Origin: Lenisia limosa
Taxonomy: Eukaryota; Protista; Breviatea
NCBI GenBank assembly: GCA_001655205.1
Contig: LPNZ01003081.1
Coordinates: 1-34,255 of the forward strand
Reading direction: 5' to 3'
DNA length: 34,255 nt
This document shows, piece by piece, positions 22,811-34,017 of the stretch. The stretch's first letter is position 1, and each line of letters opens with the position of its first letter. Made by a program: the position numbers and the translations under genes. The notes under the pieces were generated by a model. It saw only the letters and a list, made by a program, of their open reading frames with translations, searched no databases and had not been told where the DNA came from.

Positions 22811-25800
22811 ATGGGTTTTGACCCTAATCTTGGCTTCCGCCTTATAAAGGATGTTGAAAGCGACGATATTTCAGTTGTTCACAATGCCTTGAAAGAACTA
22901 AATTCTCAAATCGACTTCTGCTGGGCGGAGGTGTCAGATGCCCTGTCATCACTGTAAGAGATGGATATTTAGGCAGCTTTCTGTGGTTTTCGACATCCCT
23001 CCCTTTCACCAAATTCTCCTGTTCACCTTTAAGTGAGGTGCTTCATGAAGATGAAGGTTTCGCTCATCGTCAACTTGTAGCGATTGTGATTTCTAAGGTA
23101 GGAAGAAGATAATCATGTGGTGGAGGACTGCTGAGTGAGATCTTGGGTAGTTTTGCGTTCAGCCTTGATGATTATATATTAGGTTTACTTTCACCTCGGC
23201 GAGTACAATGAAGCCCTTTCCTTTGCTCTTGAGGCAGGATCTTTCTTCGATACTTCTTCGCACTCAGAATTTATTGACACTATACTTGGTATGAGAGGGA
23301 ACAAGCTGAGGGAAAGGTTCTCTGGTTTGACTTTCTAGCCAAATGTGTGAGTGAATACATTGTTCTCAGACAGAAGGCCGCTGAAGAGGGAGTTGAAGGC
23401 AAAATCAAAGCAGAAATGACCAACATTATGACCCAAATGTTCAATCAGTGCATCAAAGACAAACAGTACACTCATGGTATGTGAAGGGATACCCCCCCCC
23501 CCTTTTCTTTTATTTCTTTAGGCATTGGTATTGCTCTTGAAACAAGGCGTATCGAGTGGTTGGAACAAATCATCACAGCAGCCAAGGACCAAGACTCCCT
23601 TCTCTCCTTCACCTTCCAAGCCGCCCGCGATGTGGTGAGGAGGGCATTCCTTTCTACATTTGGAAGAATGAATTTTCCTTTGGGGTAACAGCATTGCGGT
23701 TGTGCTACCGATCATTGTAACTGATTTAGCTCGACATCAAAGAGTTTCGTTTGGAGGTTTTCAGACTTCTTGTCAAAGTCCATCTTAACCAACCAATTGT
23801 AAAATATGTAGGGGGTGGGCGGATATTTCCACATTCAAGGAATTCTCCTTATTATTTCAGGACGCAGTCTGCGATCTTTTGATCGAATGCGACGACGGAG
23901 ACAAGCTTGTCGAAATCATCCTTCTTCTGATCAAAAAAGATCAGGTGCGTGGCCCAACCGCCCATTCCTTGAAATGCAATCCTCACCCCCCCCCCTCCAG
24001 GACGGCTACCGCATGGCTCTTCAGGCCTGTTTCGACTTGGAGGCTAATGCCCGCCAGGAGTTGGTGGCTCATGTGAGATTTGAGCTGTCTGAAAAAGGTT
24101 GGTTGAGATCCACATTACATAATGGTTCAGCTCTTGATGCATCGGAGTCTTTTGTCCCGCAGTTCTGTAGGCTGAACGAGGTAATGAGGCGCGGGTACTC
24201 TTTTTTGATCACTTGTGTGGCGGCCTCTTGTGTTCTCGTTGTGTTATGATAATCTGTTTGAGAGATCAATGAACCTCTTTTTAAGTTTGACCATTATTCA
24301 GTCGCCTCTTTTGACCCCCCTCCCCCCCTTGTAACCCACATAGGTTTTGACAGGGGAGTTGAGAAGTAAATTTGGTGTTGAGTACCTCTACAGCAACAAC
24401 AAATCCGACATCAAGATCATCAATGAGCTTAAGGTAAGTCTTGTCTTCCTTGAACACTCTTGACATTTCAGGCTCTCCCACGTGGAAACTCGCTCTGCCA
24501 TTGGGCTATTGTCTTTTCTCACAGTAGGCAGTGTTTTCTCCCTGATGGAGTTTGTAATCGTTTATTTGAAACATGTTCAAGGTGCCCGAGGTTTTTACGA
24601 CGTTTAGGTATGTTGCAGTCGGGTACTACCTGTGACGCCTTCCTCCGAATCAACATGAAGTGGCTTGGAAAGGCCACCGATTGGGCTCAGTACGCTGCCG
24701 TCGCGTCACTCTCGGTTATCCACAAGGTGAGCCACTTTTGAGGCGTGGTAACACTTTAAGGGACACACCTCTGAGGCTTTCAAAATTCTCAAGCCCTACC
24801 TCCCGTCGCTCTCCAGCACTAACAGAGAAAGCTTTGCCGAGGCCGGAGCCCTTTGTGGATTAGGTTTGTTGGCACTTGCTACCAAAGCAGAAGAGCTGAT
24901 TGCTTAGGACTGATCCATGCCGGGCAGTCTGAGAACGTGCATGATTTCCTCTTGGAGGCTCTTCGTAACGCTGGAACCGGTATGTACTCCGTGTATTTTC
25001 TCACAGTATCTTCGCGGTGTAGTTTTTTTTGCTTTTTATCTGTTTTCATAAACGTTAAAGTAATTGTTAAACAGACCCGCCCCCACTTTAAGACGTTCTT
25101 TACCTTGCCCCCAGACGAGACGATCCAGCATGGCGCCTGCATGGGTATCGGAATAGCCGGCATGGGCTCGGCGTCACCCGAGTCTTACGAGGCGGTCCGC
25201 ACCATTCTCCACTCCGACTCGGCTAACGGTGGCGAAGCTGCCGGTCTGGCTATCGGCCTCATCCACCTGGGCAAGGCCCCTGCCGAGGTTGTGTCTGAAA
25301 CCCTGGCTTATGCACGTGACACTCTCCACGAGAAGATTGTTAGATCATCAGCTCTTGGTGGGCGGCTGCTGACTATCTTTTGCGCATTTGAGACTCTTCT
25401 AACTTCCAAGGATTGAGCTTCACCGTTATGGGTTGTGAGGAAGGTGGAGACTCTTTGATCGAAACACTGACATCCGAAAAGGTACCGTTTGAAATCCTTC
25501 TTGTTCCTCATTTCTTCTTCACCTTTCAGGACCCCATTCTTCGTTATGGTGGCGCATACAGTATTGGTCTGTCCTACGTTGGTACCTCAAGCTCTAGTGC
25601 CGTGAGAAGGCTTCTCCATCTTGCCGTTTCTGATGCTTCCGATGACGTGAGAAGAGCCGCAGTGACAAGTGGGTACTCTCGACGTTGTTTTAGGTCTAAC
25701 TCCCAAGGTCTTTCGTTTGTTCTGTTCCGTAACCCGGGCCGACTTTGTGATGTTGTTCGTCTGTTATCAGAGTCATTCAACCCCAACGTCAGGTATGTCG

Positions 25801-26794
25801 CCACCGGGTAGTGGGCATTCTAACCTCCAGGTACGGCACAGTGATGGCTATTGGAATCGGCTGCTGCGGTACGGCCCTCCCGGCCGCTATTGACATTCTC
25901 AAGCCCCTCCTCAAGGACCCCGTGGACATTGTGAGGCAAGCCACGTATCTCGCTATGGCCATGGTAAGTGGTGATGTCATTGGTTTCTAAATGGACAATA
26001 ATGATGATATTGTGTCACTTTTGGCCAAGGTGAATCTGTCATGACCGGGATGTAGGTGTGCATCAATGCCTCCGAGGACCTGAAGCAGGTTGCTGAGGTC
26101 AAGAAGGAGCTGACTTCGGCGATTAAGGCGTCTTCAAAGGACGGCGTTCTCCCCAGAATGGGTTTGCTCATACCTGGACCTTTTTTTTTTTTTTTTTGAT
26201 TGCATTCCTTCTTTGTTCTTCTAAAATGACGACAAAGGGCTGTACATGGCTCTCGGAATCTTCAATGCCGGCGGTGGCAACCAAACGCTCTCGATGAAAA
26301 CCCGGACCGGTGCCGTCAACATGGAGGCTGTTGTTGGAATGGTTCTCTTTGCTCAGTGGTGGTTCTGGCATCCCAATGCCTATTTCCTCAGTATGGCGCT
26401 CACACCTGCTGCGAACGCACACGTGCTCTTTGATGACGACTTCAAGGTTGAGGGAATTGGTTTTTTTTTGGTTTTTTTTTGTGGGGGGGGGGTGCTTTTT
26501 TGTGTGTATATTTTCCTTGACTGAATGGGGGAAAGTTACTTGAAATTGCCTCACGGCGGCAGGTGAAATTTGATGGAGTTCTGGACCAGTCCAAGGCCTT
26601 CAGCGTGCTGGTCAAGTCAAAAGAATCAGTCGACACCAAGGACTTCACATCCCTCAAGGAGCTCTCCACAGGTTGGCTCGCCCCTTAGTTTCACATGTCC
26701 AGATTCTGTTGGCGCCCCAATGGAAGGCAACGCGACTGAACAGGAGGCCGTCAATATGCCTGCTGAGTTCGATTATTTCACTGAGAATGAGTAA
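22811..26794 (+). CDS. RPN2: 26S proteasome non-ATPase regulatory subunit RPN2 (PSMD1), multi-exon, divergent
   Basis: KVYFHLGEYNEALSFALEAG, GIGIALETRR, FLRINMKWLGKATDWAQY, PC repeats (DPILRYGGAYSIGLSYVGT, LLHLAVSDASDDVRRAAV, SESFNPNVRYG), NAGGGNQTLSM, VVGMVLFAQWWFWHP and the terminal motif MPAEFDYF. The parts I translated splice in frame with GT-AG introns. Confidence 0.96.
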
Positions 26795-27100
26795 TGCAAC
26801 AATCAATTAAAGTGGTGGCGTGCTGGCAGGGGGTTAGTTAATTCTGATAGTTGCACCGTTTCAATATTATCCGCTCAGCTTTTGCAAATGCATGCAGTTG
26901 TCTAGGACTACACTCGCCAATTCTCGCTCTCAACTGCAGCGTCACTCAACTAAAAAACTTGAATAAAACAACTGATCAATATGAACAGGAGCCATAGAAC
27001 CATAATAGAGCGTAGGAACCATAAGCAATTCAAGGAAAAGTGATCCAGCGTGATCTTGGGGGGGAGCCCCTGATTTTTTTTTTTTTTTTTTTTTCCACCT

Positions 27101-27188
27101 NNNNNNNNNNNNNNNNNNNNNNNNNNNNNNNNNNNNNNNNNNNNNNNNNNNNNNNNNNNNNNNNNNNNNNNNNNNNNNNNNNNNNNNN
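27101..27188. other. Assembly gap (N run)
   Basis: Run of N after a poly-T tract. Confidence 1.
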
Positions 27189-27281
27189 TTAAATAAAAGC
27201 AGTTTATTAAACAAGTCAAGATTTATTACATCATAACACATATACTTTTGACCCATCGACGATCCCTCTCTCCTCCCAACA

Positions 27282-29951
27282 ATGGAAGCTTCTGATGAAC
27301 TGATCAGTGTTGTTGCTGCCACAACCGGATGCACCCCCAGTGAAGCCCGTTTAGCCCTCGATGCTGCTGGTGGTAGCCCTGACCTGGCTGTCGAGTTTCT
27401 TCTCGAGAACAGCGGGGCAAACCAAAACACTGGGGTAAGGCCTATGTGCTCTATTGACTTTTCAGGTGAGTCAGAATATCCAGTCAGATGAGGAGCTTGC
27501 AGCAAGCATGCAGGAATCTATGTACTCAGAACAGGCAGCAGTTGAAGGCATGGATGATGATGGGTATGCTGGCTGTTGCTGTGTTATACTTCAGTGTTCG
27601 TGATGCGATTCCTCAACAGAAAATGCGCCTTGTTGATGACACCTACCAAACAGGCTCAAGAGGTGAGCGCAAGAACAAAAAAAGGAACTTTCTCCGCTTT
27701 TAAAATTTTTTTATTGTTTTTTCAAATAATAATGATATGATATCATATATCATATATAAGACTACATAGTATATGTCATATAATTAGTTACTTTGTGATG
27801 GATATTTCTCTTTGCCGTTTGTGATGTTTCAGGTTCAGTAGACCACTTACTTTCAAGAAGAGGTTGGCGGGGGNNNNNNNNNNNNNNNNNNNNNNNNNNN
27901 NNNNNNNNNNNNNNNNNNNNNNNNNNNNNNNNNNNNNNNNNNNNNNNNNNNNNNNNNNNNNNNNNNNNNNNNNNNNNNNNNNNNNNNCAATTAGAAAATA
28001 GTGCCTCGCCAGCCTATCACTTTCACCACTTATTAGCGCTTCACTCAGTTTATACATACATCGGTATACACTACATGATAAATGGTTAATGTTATTTTCG
28101 AACCTAACCGAAGTGAAGAACTACATCTGATGCGCTATAGAATATTTGTCAGATCCCAACGCTTTCCGTAACTTGGACCATGAAGAGAGAATGGCAAGAA
28201 CAGGTGCGTGGAGCTATTTCTATTTTTTTTGTATATGTATATTTTATGCATGTTCACAGTATTTGTGGATGATGAGGTCATTATTTGAGAGTATCCTGAA
28301 GATCCTAATTGTTTCCCTTCCCATTTATTCATTCAGGAAACGTGTCAACGTCAGCATTGAGCAATCTCTTCGAACCGCCCTATGAAATTCTCTTCCAGGG
28401 ACCATTTTCTGATGTAGGTGTTCTTGGCATGTCTATTCAAAGATCGAGAACCAAGGAATTGTTAAAAAGATGATTTTCACATGGTAATTGTCAAGGTCGT
28501 ATCTCAGTCACAGAGGGACCAGAAGTGGATTATTATCAACATCATTGTTGGGGGGTTGATTCCAGCTTCTTTTTTTTTAGAAGAAAAAAGTGAGATTTGA
28601 GCAAACTCACTGTCTTTTTTCACCATGTAGAACGCAAGAGAATTTGATTCTCAATGCCAAAACCGAGATGTTTGGAAGAACCTCTCACTCCAACGCCTCA
28701 TTAAGTCAAGTTTTATCTTCTTCCAGGTTAGCTGCCTGTGATATTCACCAATCTTCAGACTGACGTGAAGTCTCCCGAGGGTGCGTCTTTCTGTTCAACT
28801 TTCGGTGGTGACTCTATTCCATGTATTCATATTTTAGACCCACACTCAGGGGTATGAGGGGTCTTTTCTGACATCTTTATCAAAATAGTTTTTTTGCTCA
28901 ATCTGTGTTTAATAGTTTTCTTGATACTTTCCAACTTCTTATTTCGAGATTGTTATGTTACTTATAGTAGATTATATTATTCTCTTCTTGACCTTTCAGT
29001 CGAGTATGATCAATATGTCTGGCAAATGTGAAGTTGGAGAGGTCATGGCCTGTTTGTCTTCGTTTTTGGACTCCCATCCTTCCCCAGATACTGATGTGGT
29101 TGGTGGGAAGTAACGTTGTCTACATGTATAATACACATTTGCAAACGATACCTGAAGCTCAGATCATGTGTGAAGGGGAGGATTCAGATTTCAATGACCA
29201 AGAAGAAGCCGCACGGGCCCCGTGAGACCAACTGGAGCCGCAACATCTCAACTAGCGCGGTGACCCTTGACACCGATAGTGAGTTTGAGTTTGAAGACCT
29301 CGACACTGACGATGAACGTGGTAGCACGCCGGAGCCGGAGCCCAGGTCCCCGCGAAGAGCCTCGCTGCCGGAACAGGTATGACATGTGGTGGTGTCGCTG
29401 ACCTTCAGGTTGCGCCCAGCCAGCCGTTGCCGCGCGAGGAGGTTGAAGAGCCTCAAGCCGGGCCGGGCGTTGTTCGCGTCCAGGTGGGAAAAGCCCATTG
29501 ACATGATTTAGAAGCGGAAATACGCAAATTTTGGGAAAATGAGAACGAGAAAGTTAATAACATTATTTTGCATTCTTTTTGTGTATATTATTTTCCCCAA
29601 AAGCTCAGTGGATATCAGATATTATCATAATATACTTACAAGATTTCGGAATTCAAAAGTTCAGATTCGTTTACCCCAAGGCAAGCGAATTGTCCGTCGA
29701 TTTAGAGAGACTGACACTGTGAAGGTCGGAAATTGGACAACTTGTCTTCCACCCCTACATTTTTTTTATTCATCTTTGCAGACCCTGAGGCTCTTTATCC
29801 AGTCTGAAATTACAGAAGCTTTTAATATCATTCTCCCTCCTGCAACACGGCTCGAAGATGAGGTTGGCAATGTCAAAAATTGACCATATAGACCCAATCA
29901 CTTGTAGATGCCAAGGTTGCTGGTTCAGCGATTACTGTCAGTTTATGTTAA
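27282..29951 (+). CDS. UBXN7: UBA-UAS-UBX p97/Cdc48 cofactor, UBXN7/Ubx5-like, multi-exon; interrupted by an N gap
   Basis: N-terminal UBA-like (ISVVAATTGCTPSEARLALDAAGGSPDLAVEFLLE); VRDAIP; LSNLFEPPYEILFQGPF; UAS domain (KWIIINI-NAREFDSQCQNRDVWKN...SSFIFFQ); C-terminal UBX (KVQIRLPQGKRIVRRFRETDTVK...TQSLVDAKVAGSAITVSLC). Confidence 0.88.
27874..27987. other. Assembly gap (N run) inside the UBX gene
   Basis: Run of N after a G tract. Confidence 1.
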
Positions 29952-30086
29952 GTCATTTTTATTTGCCCCGATTTCTTTCTCAATTCTTCGAATTTCTCAC
30001 AAATGTATTTTTAGTTCCTTTTCAGAAAGACCTTTTGGAAACAGTACCATACTTACATGGATTTATAATAAAAGAAAGTGGAGGCC

Positions 30087-31646
30087 TCACGGACACTTGT
30101 CAGCCTGGTCCAGGCCAGACATTGCGGGTCGCCTTAAGTCGTAGCCAGAAAACTTTTCTCGGTAACCTGGTTCACACACAGACTGGAAAAGAGTGTCTCG
30201 CTGCCGACCCTCGAGATAGCACATCATTGAAAGGATTATTCGTGCTGAGAGGCCCCAAATGATTATCTAAGTGGAATTATCTTTTTATTGCGAGAAAAGT
30301 TTGACAAATTCAATAATGTGAGCTTTTAGAATCCAAAAAAAAAAAAACAATAAAGAAATAACACTTAGCAGCACAATCCCCCCCAAGCCATGTACATCCT
30401 CCTACACAATACCAATTCACTCCCAAGTTACAATAAACACTCAATAGTTCACTCCAAAACACACCAAACAATGCTCTGATACGCCACATACCTTATTAGG
30501 CAGACTTTGGGTTCCATCAACAACAGAAACTGCATCTGAAATATCGAAAGAGGGACCTGTGTAGCCCTGTGATAATTAAAACCAACTCAAGTGTAACAAA
30601 TTCGTACTTTGAGCTTTGGGTGTTTGATGTTTGACACCAAATTGAGTCCGAGAGACGCGAAACGCGACGCCTCCACCGACATGACCCATGCCACTTCCTC
30701 GGGTTGGTTGACAAGAATCTCGGGTGGCTCGTCTGTCCAAACCACCCATGGAACAACCCAGAAACCTGTTACCCTGGAGAGTAATTTCATTGCTTGGCCA
30801 GGTATGTACAAACGAAAGGCATAATAAATAAACAAGATACTTGAATAAAAATGTAGGCCAATAGAACTTTGCCAAAATATATATGTAATGTCATAATACA
30901 GAGCCACTATACCATTCGCTCCTTATATCGTAGGAATACATACAATATAGTATTCAGAAGTTTATTACTCAGCCTACGTTGTTTGTGGCGGGAGGTTGCC
31001 AAGAAGACGTATTCTTGTGTCGGGTGAAAAGCCAATTTCTTCATAACTTTCTCGCATTGCAGCCTGAAGCAAATTGCCATCTTCTAAAGTCAGCAACCGC
31101 ATACAGGTAATGGTAAACACAAGCGTACCTCTTCCGGGCTCAAACCGGCCGCCGGGAAGGGCGTATTGGTTGGGGTGACGAATGCCTTCGCTTCGCCGCA
31201 TCACCACCGCTGACACCCCTGTCCCCTCCGTATTGGGATGCATGAAAAGAACAACCGAGGCTAATAGTCGTCAAATAAAGCGTATTGAGATATCATTTGC
31301 CTCCCTTCTGCCACCCACCGAATTTTCTTGAATTGTCTGGAAGGCGGTAATTGATGTCGGAACCACACACTGGCGGCGGCATTTCTTGGAACGGCCAGTT
31401 CCGGTGAAAATAAGGAAATGAAAGGACTGGTCTTCTATATAGCCGCTTTGCAAGGGCATCAGGAAGGTCAACCGGGGAGGAGAGTAGTTTGAAAGCGCGT
31501 TTGAAATCAGGATGAGGGAGCCAAGGTTGGGGATCAGACTGAACAGCCGACGTCAAAAAGTGGCGCAGCGGTACCGTCAGTGATGGAACTGATTTCCATG
31601 GTGCTTTGAGTGCGCTAAGTGATTGTCTCAGGCTACTCAACAGCAT
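30087..31646 (-). CDS. Nudix CoA pyrophosphatase (NUDT7/NUDT8/PCD1 type) with an N-terminal presequence-like extension
   Basis: Nudix box ALPGGRFEP...DGNLLQAAMRESYEEIG; upstream VVMRRSEGIRHPNQ; downstream FWVVPWV, NQPEEVAWV and IIWGLSARII (CoA-hydrolase-type motif). Stop TGA at 30087-30089. Confidence 0.85.
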
Positions 31647-31895
31647 CTTGGGCCATCGAAAACGATGGTCTTGTCTAAGTGATCACACAGGGAGAACAAA
31701 TACTTTTAATATCTTATGCTAATTACGTTTAACGTCAATATTTAGCCATTACCAGGAAGAATGCGGAGAAGCACCGGTTTTGTTTTTAGTGAACAACGCG
31801 GCCGAGATTGAACAAAACCAAAATTTGAAAAAAAAAAACAGCAGCGTCTAATTGATATAACACAGCTTGATCTATATTTATATTATTAAAACAAA

Positions 31896-33930
31896 ATGCC
31901 CCCAGGCACAGAAACAGCAGGGAGAGATGGTGGAACTTTCCTCACTCAAGATGCAGATGTGAAATAGTGGGATTCTTAATTGTGCATGTCTAACTTTACC
32001 TTTTTAGTCGCTATAGTCAAAAAAGCAGTGATCATTCCCTGAGAAATGAGGGCTTTGAAATGGGTAGGCTCTGTTCACGTCTCATTATTCGATCTTTATA
32101 TTTGTATTTGATAATTGTTTATATAGAGGCACAACCTCGCACGCTTCAAAGCACCCTTCTCATCCAAAAGAAGAAAGAAATGGCGGAGGTACAGGTTCGT
32201 CCACAGCTTCTGCTTTGCTGTAATTTGACTCTCAGGCTGAATTGGAGAGGAAAAGAGAGGAATTCTTTTTGAGAATGGCAAGGTGTCAAGAGAAAGAGGA
32301 CGATCTTCTTGTGAAGGTTGGGTGCGTGTACTTGTAACGTTTTGGGCCTTGTTGCATTGTTTTGGGAGTTGACCTTTTTAGCAAGGAGCAATCCAGGAGC
32401 AAGTTTTGCGATTTGAAAAGTTCTTGAACGACAATGATGCGAAGCGAGTCAGGGCCTCGCGTAAAGCAGCAGAGGAAATTAAACTCCGAGAAGAAAAGGT
32501 TGGTAGCTCCGAGAATTTTCATGTATTAGGAAGACCAACTGACTCTGCTGCGTACAGAGCTTCAGAGACTGGAAGTGCTACACATGAAAAAGAAACTTCT
32601 TTTAGGTTGTTACTGCGACAAGTTTCTCTCACCTATCAGAACGTCTGTCACGATTTGAACAATATCTGGAAAGTGTCATCACCGAATCTTCAGACTTCCC
32701 AGAAATCATGGCCATTCTCAACAGGTGAGCTGTTGCCCCGCTCAAATGCTCTGTCCAAATAGGTAGTGAATTTATGACAACAGGCACCGAACGCTGACCG
32801 CCGCCAATACAGATTTGCTGACAGGAAGCCGACAGGACTTCAAGGCGTCTGAGAAACTTCGGGCTGAAAGTCAAGCTTGGGTTAAGGTTGGCTGGGAGGG
32901 GATTTGTCAGTTTTCGATAGGGGAGAGAAAGGTGGGACCAATAAGGAGAACAATGAAAGTGCCTGTTTAGACTAGCATCTTGATTTGTGGGACNNNNNNN
33001 NNNNNNNNNNNNNNNNNNNNNNNNNNNNNNNNNNNNNNNNNNNNNNNNNNNNNNNNNNNNNNNNNNNNNNNNNNNNNNNNNNNNNNNNNNNGCTATGCAT
33101 TATCAAGCAGCTCGCATTTAGAAGAAAGATATCAGAAACTTTAATACAATTTGTTTGCAGTTCTTCTTTTAGTATTTAATTCCTTAAATGGTGGGTCATG
33201 TATTGATTGAGGATTGAGTTTAACAAACTAGGAGGCTCAGAACATGACACTACTAGCCAATTCGAAGGTGGCTGAGCTTCAACAAGAATTGGACCGACGG
33301 AAGGCTGAGTATGAGGGACTCAAGGTGATAAGATATGATCAGGATAGTCTTTTCATTCCTATACGGACGGCTCTTTGGAGTAATTCACACATCTAGGTAT
33401 GCTACAACAGATTCAGCGCTTCAGGACCAGGAGGGACTTCTGAAAGGAAGGGTAGGCCCATTAGCAATCGTTGAGACTCGTGTGTTGGGACTTTTACACA
33501 GTAGTGGCGAGAAGCGGGTGAGGTCAATATGGCAGTTGACAACCTCTACAGTCGGTGTGTTGAAGGCAGGGCAGAGGCGCAAGAGCCACTTTCATTGCAC
33601 GAAAAGGTCTGCTTATTCCACTTCGAACCACTCCCCACTGTTGTCACAGTTTTAGCTTTTGGTCATTCAGCAGCGACTCCAAGACGTTGGAGACATTGTG
33701 TCGAAGTTCCATAAAGAGCATCGAGATTTGTGGGTCAATTTTGTGCTGTCCTTTTACCTCATAGGAGAGGTGTCCGATTTGATGAAAACAAGAAACACCC
33801 CCGTGTATGTTGGGATTTTAACTCTTTTGAAATATTCAACTTTCATTCTCATAAAGTAGGGCTGAGCAGCCTCCTTTGCCCCTTTTCAAACATTAAAGAT
33901 GCCAAGGTCCAGAAGGACGAGCCAGTTTAG
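31896..33930 (+). CDS. CFAP73: CFAP73/CCDC42-family (DUF4200) flagellar coiled-coil protein, multi-exon; contains an N gap; 3' end uncertain (about 33863-33930)
   Basis: TLLIQKKKEMAEVQAELERKREEF...RFEKFLNDNDAKRVRASRKAAEE; YLESVITESSDFPEIMAILNRHRTLTAANTDL; ANSKVAELQQELD; GEVNMAVDNLY. These match the family pattern as I know it. Confidence 0.82.
32994..33091. other. Assembly gap (N run) inside the CFAP73 gene
   Basis: Run of N. Confidence 1.
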
Positions 33931-34017
33931 TTATTTGTATTTAAGGATTCCAGAGGTTTTGTGTAAAAAGCTACATTCTAATGAGTATCGTTAAATAAGA
34001 GGGCAAAACAGTTACTT

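Noticed and set aside
25966-26056. ATGATGA in a longer RPN2 intron as a snoRNA box C
   Set aside because: No box D in the intron.
22811-26794. Alternative genetic code or stop-codon readthrough
   Set aside because: Apparent in-frame stops in conserved genes (RPN2, PIG-V, CFAP73) disappear once short GT-AG introns are removed.
28265-28306. Box C/D-like pair (ATGATGA...CTGA with GGAT/ATCC ends) in a UBX intron
   Set aside because: Only about 40 nt in total, too short for a guide snoRNA; likely chance.
9557-29951. Ubiquitin-proteasome gene cluster (U-box, RPN2, UBXN7)
   Set aside because: These gene classes are abundant in eukaryotes and unrelated genes are interspersed. Adjacency of RPN2 and UBXN7 alone is not evidence without conserved synteny.
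288-33930. Most ORFs in the supplied six-frame track as standalone genes
   Set aside because: They are exon fragments running into introns, or antisense/off-frame shadows of the spliced genes (e.g. 3116-3586+, 4039-4221+, 633-818-, 29858-30262+).
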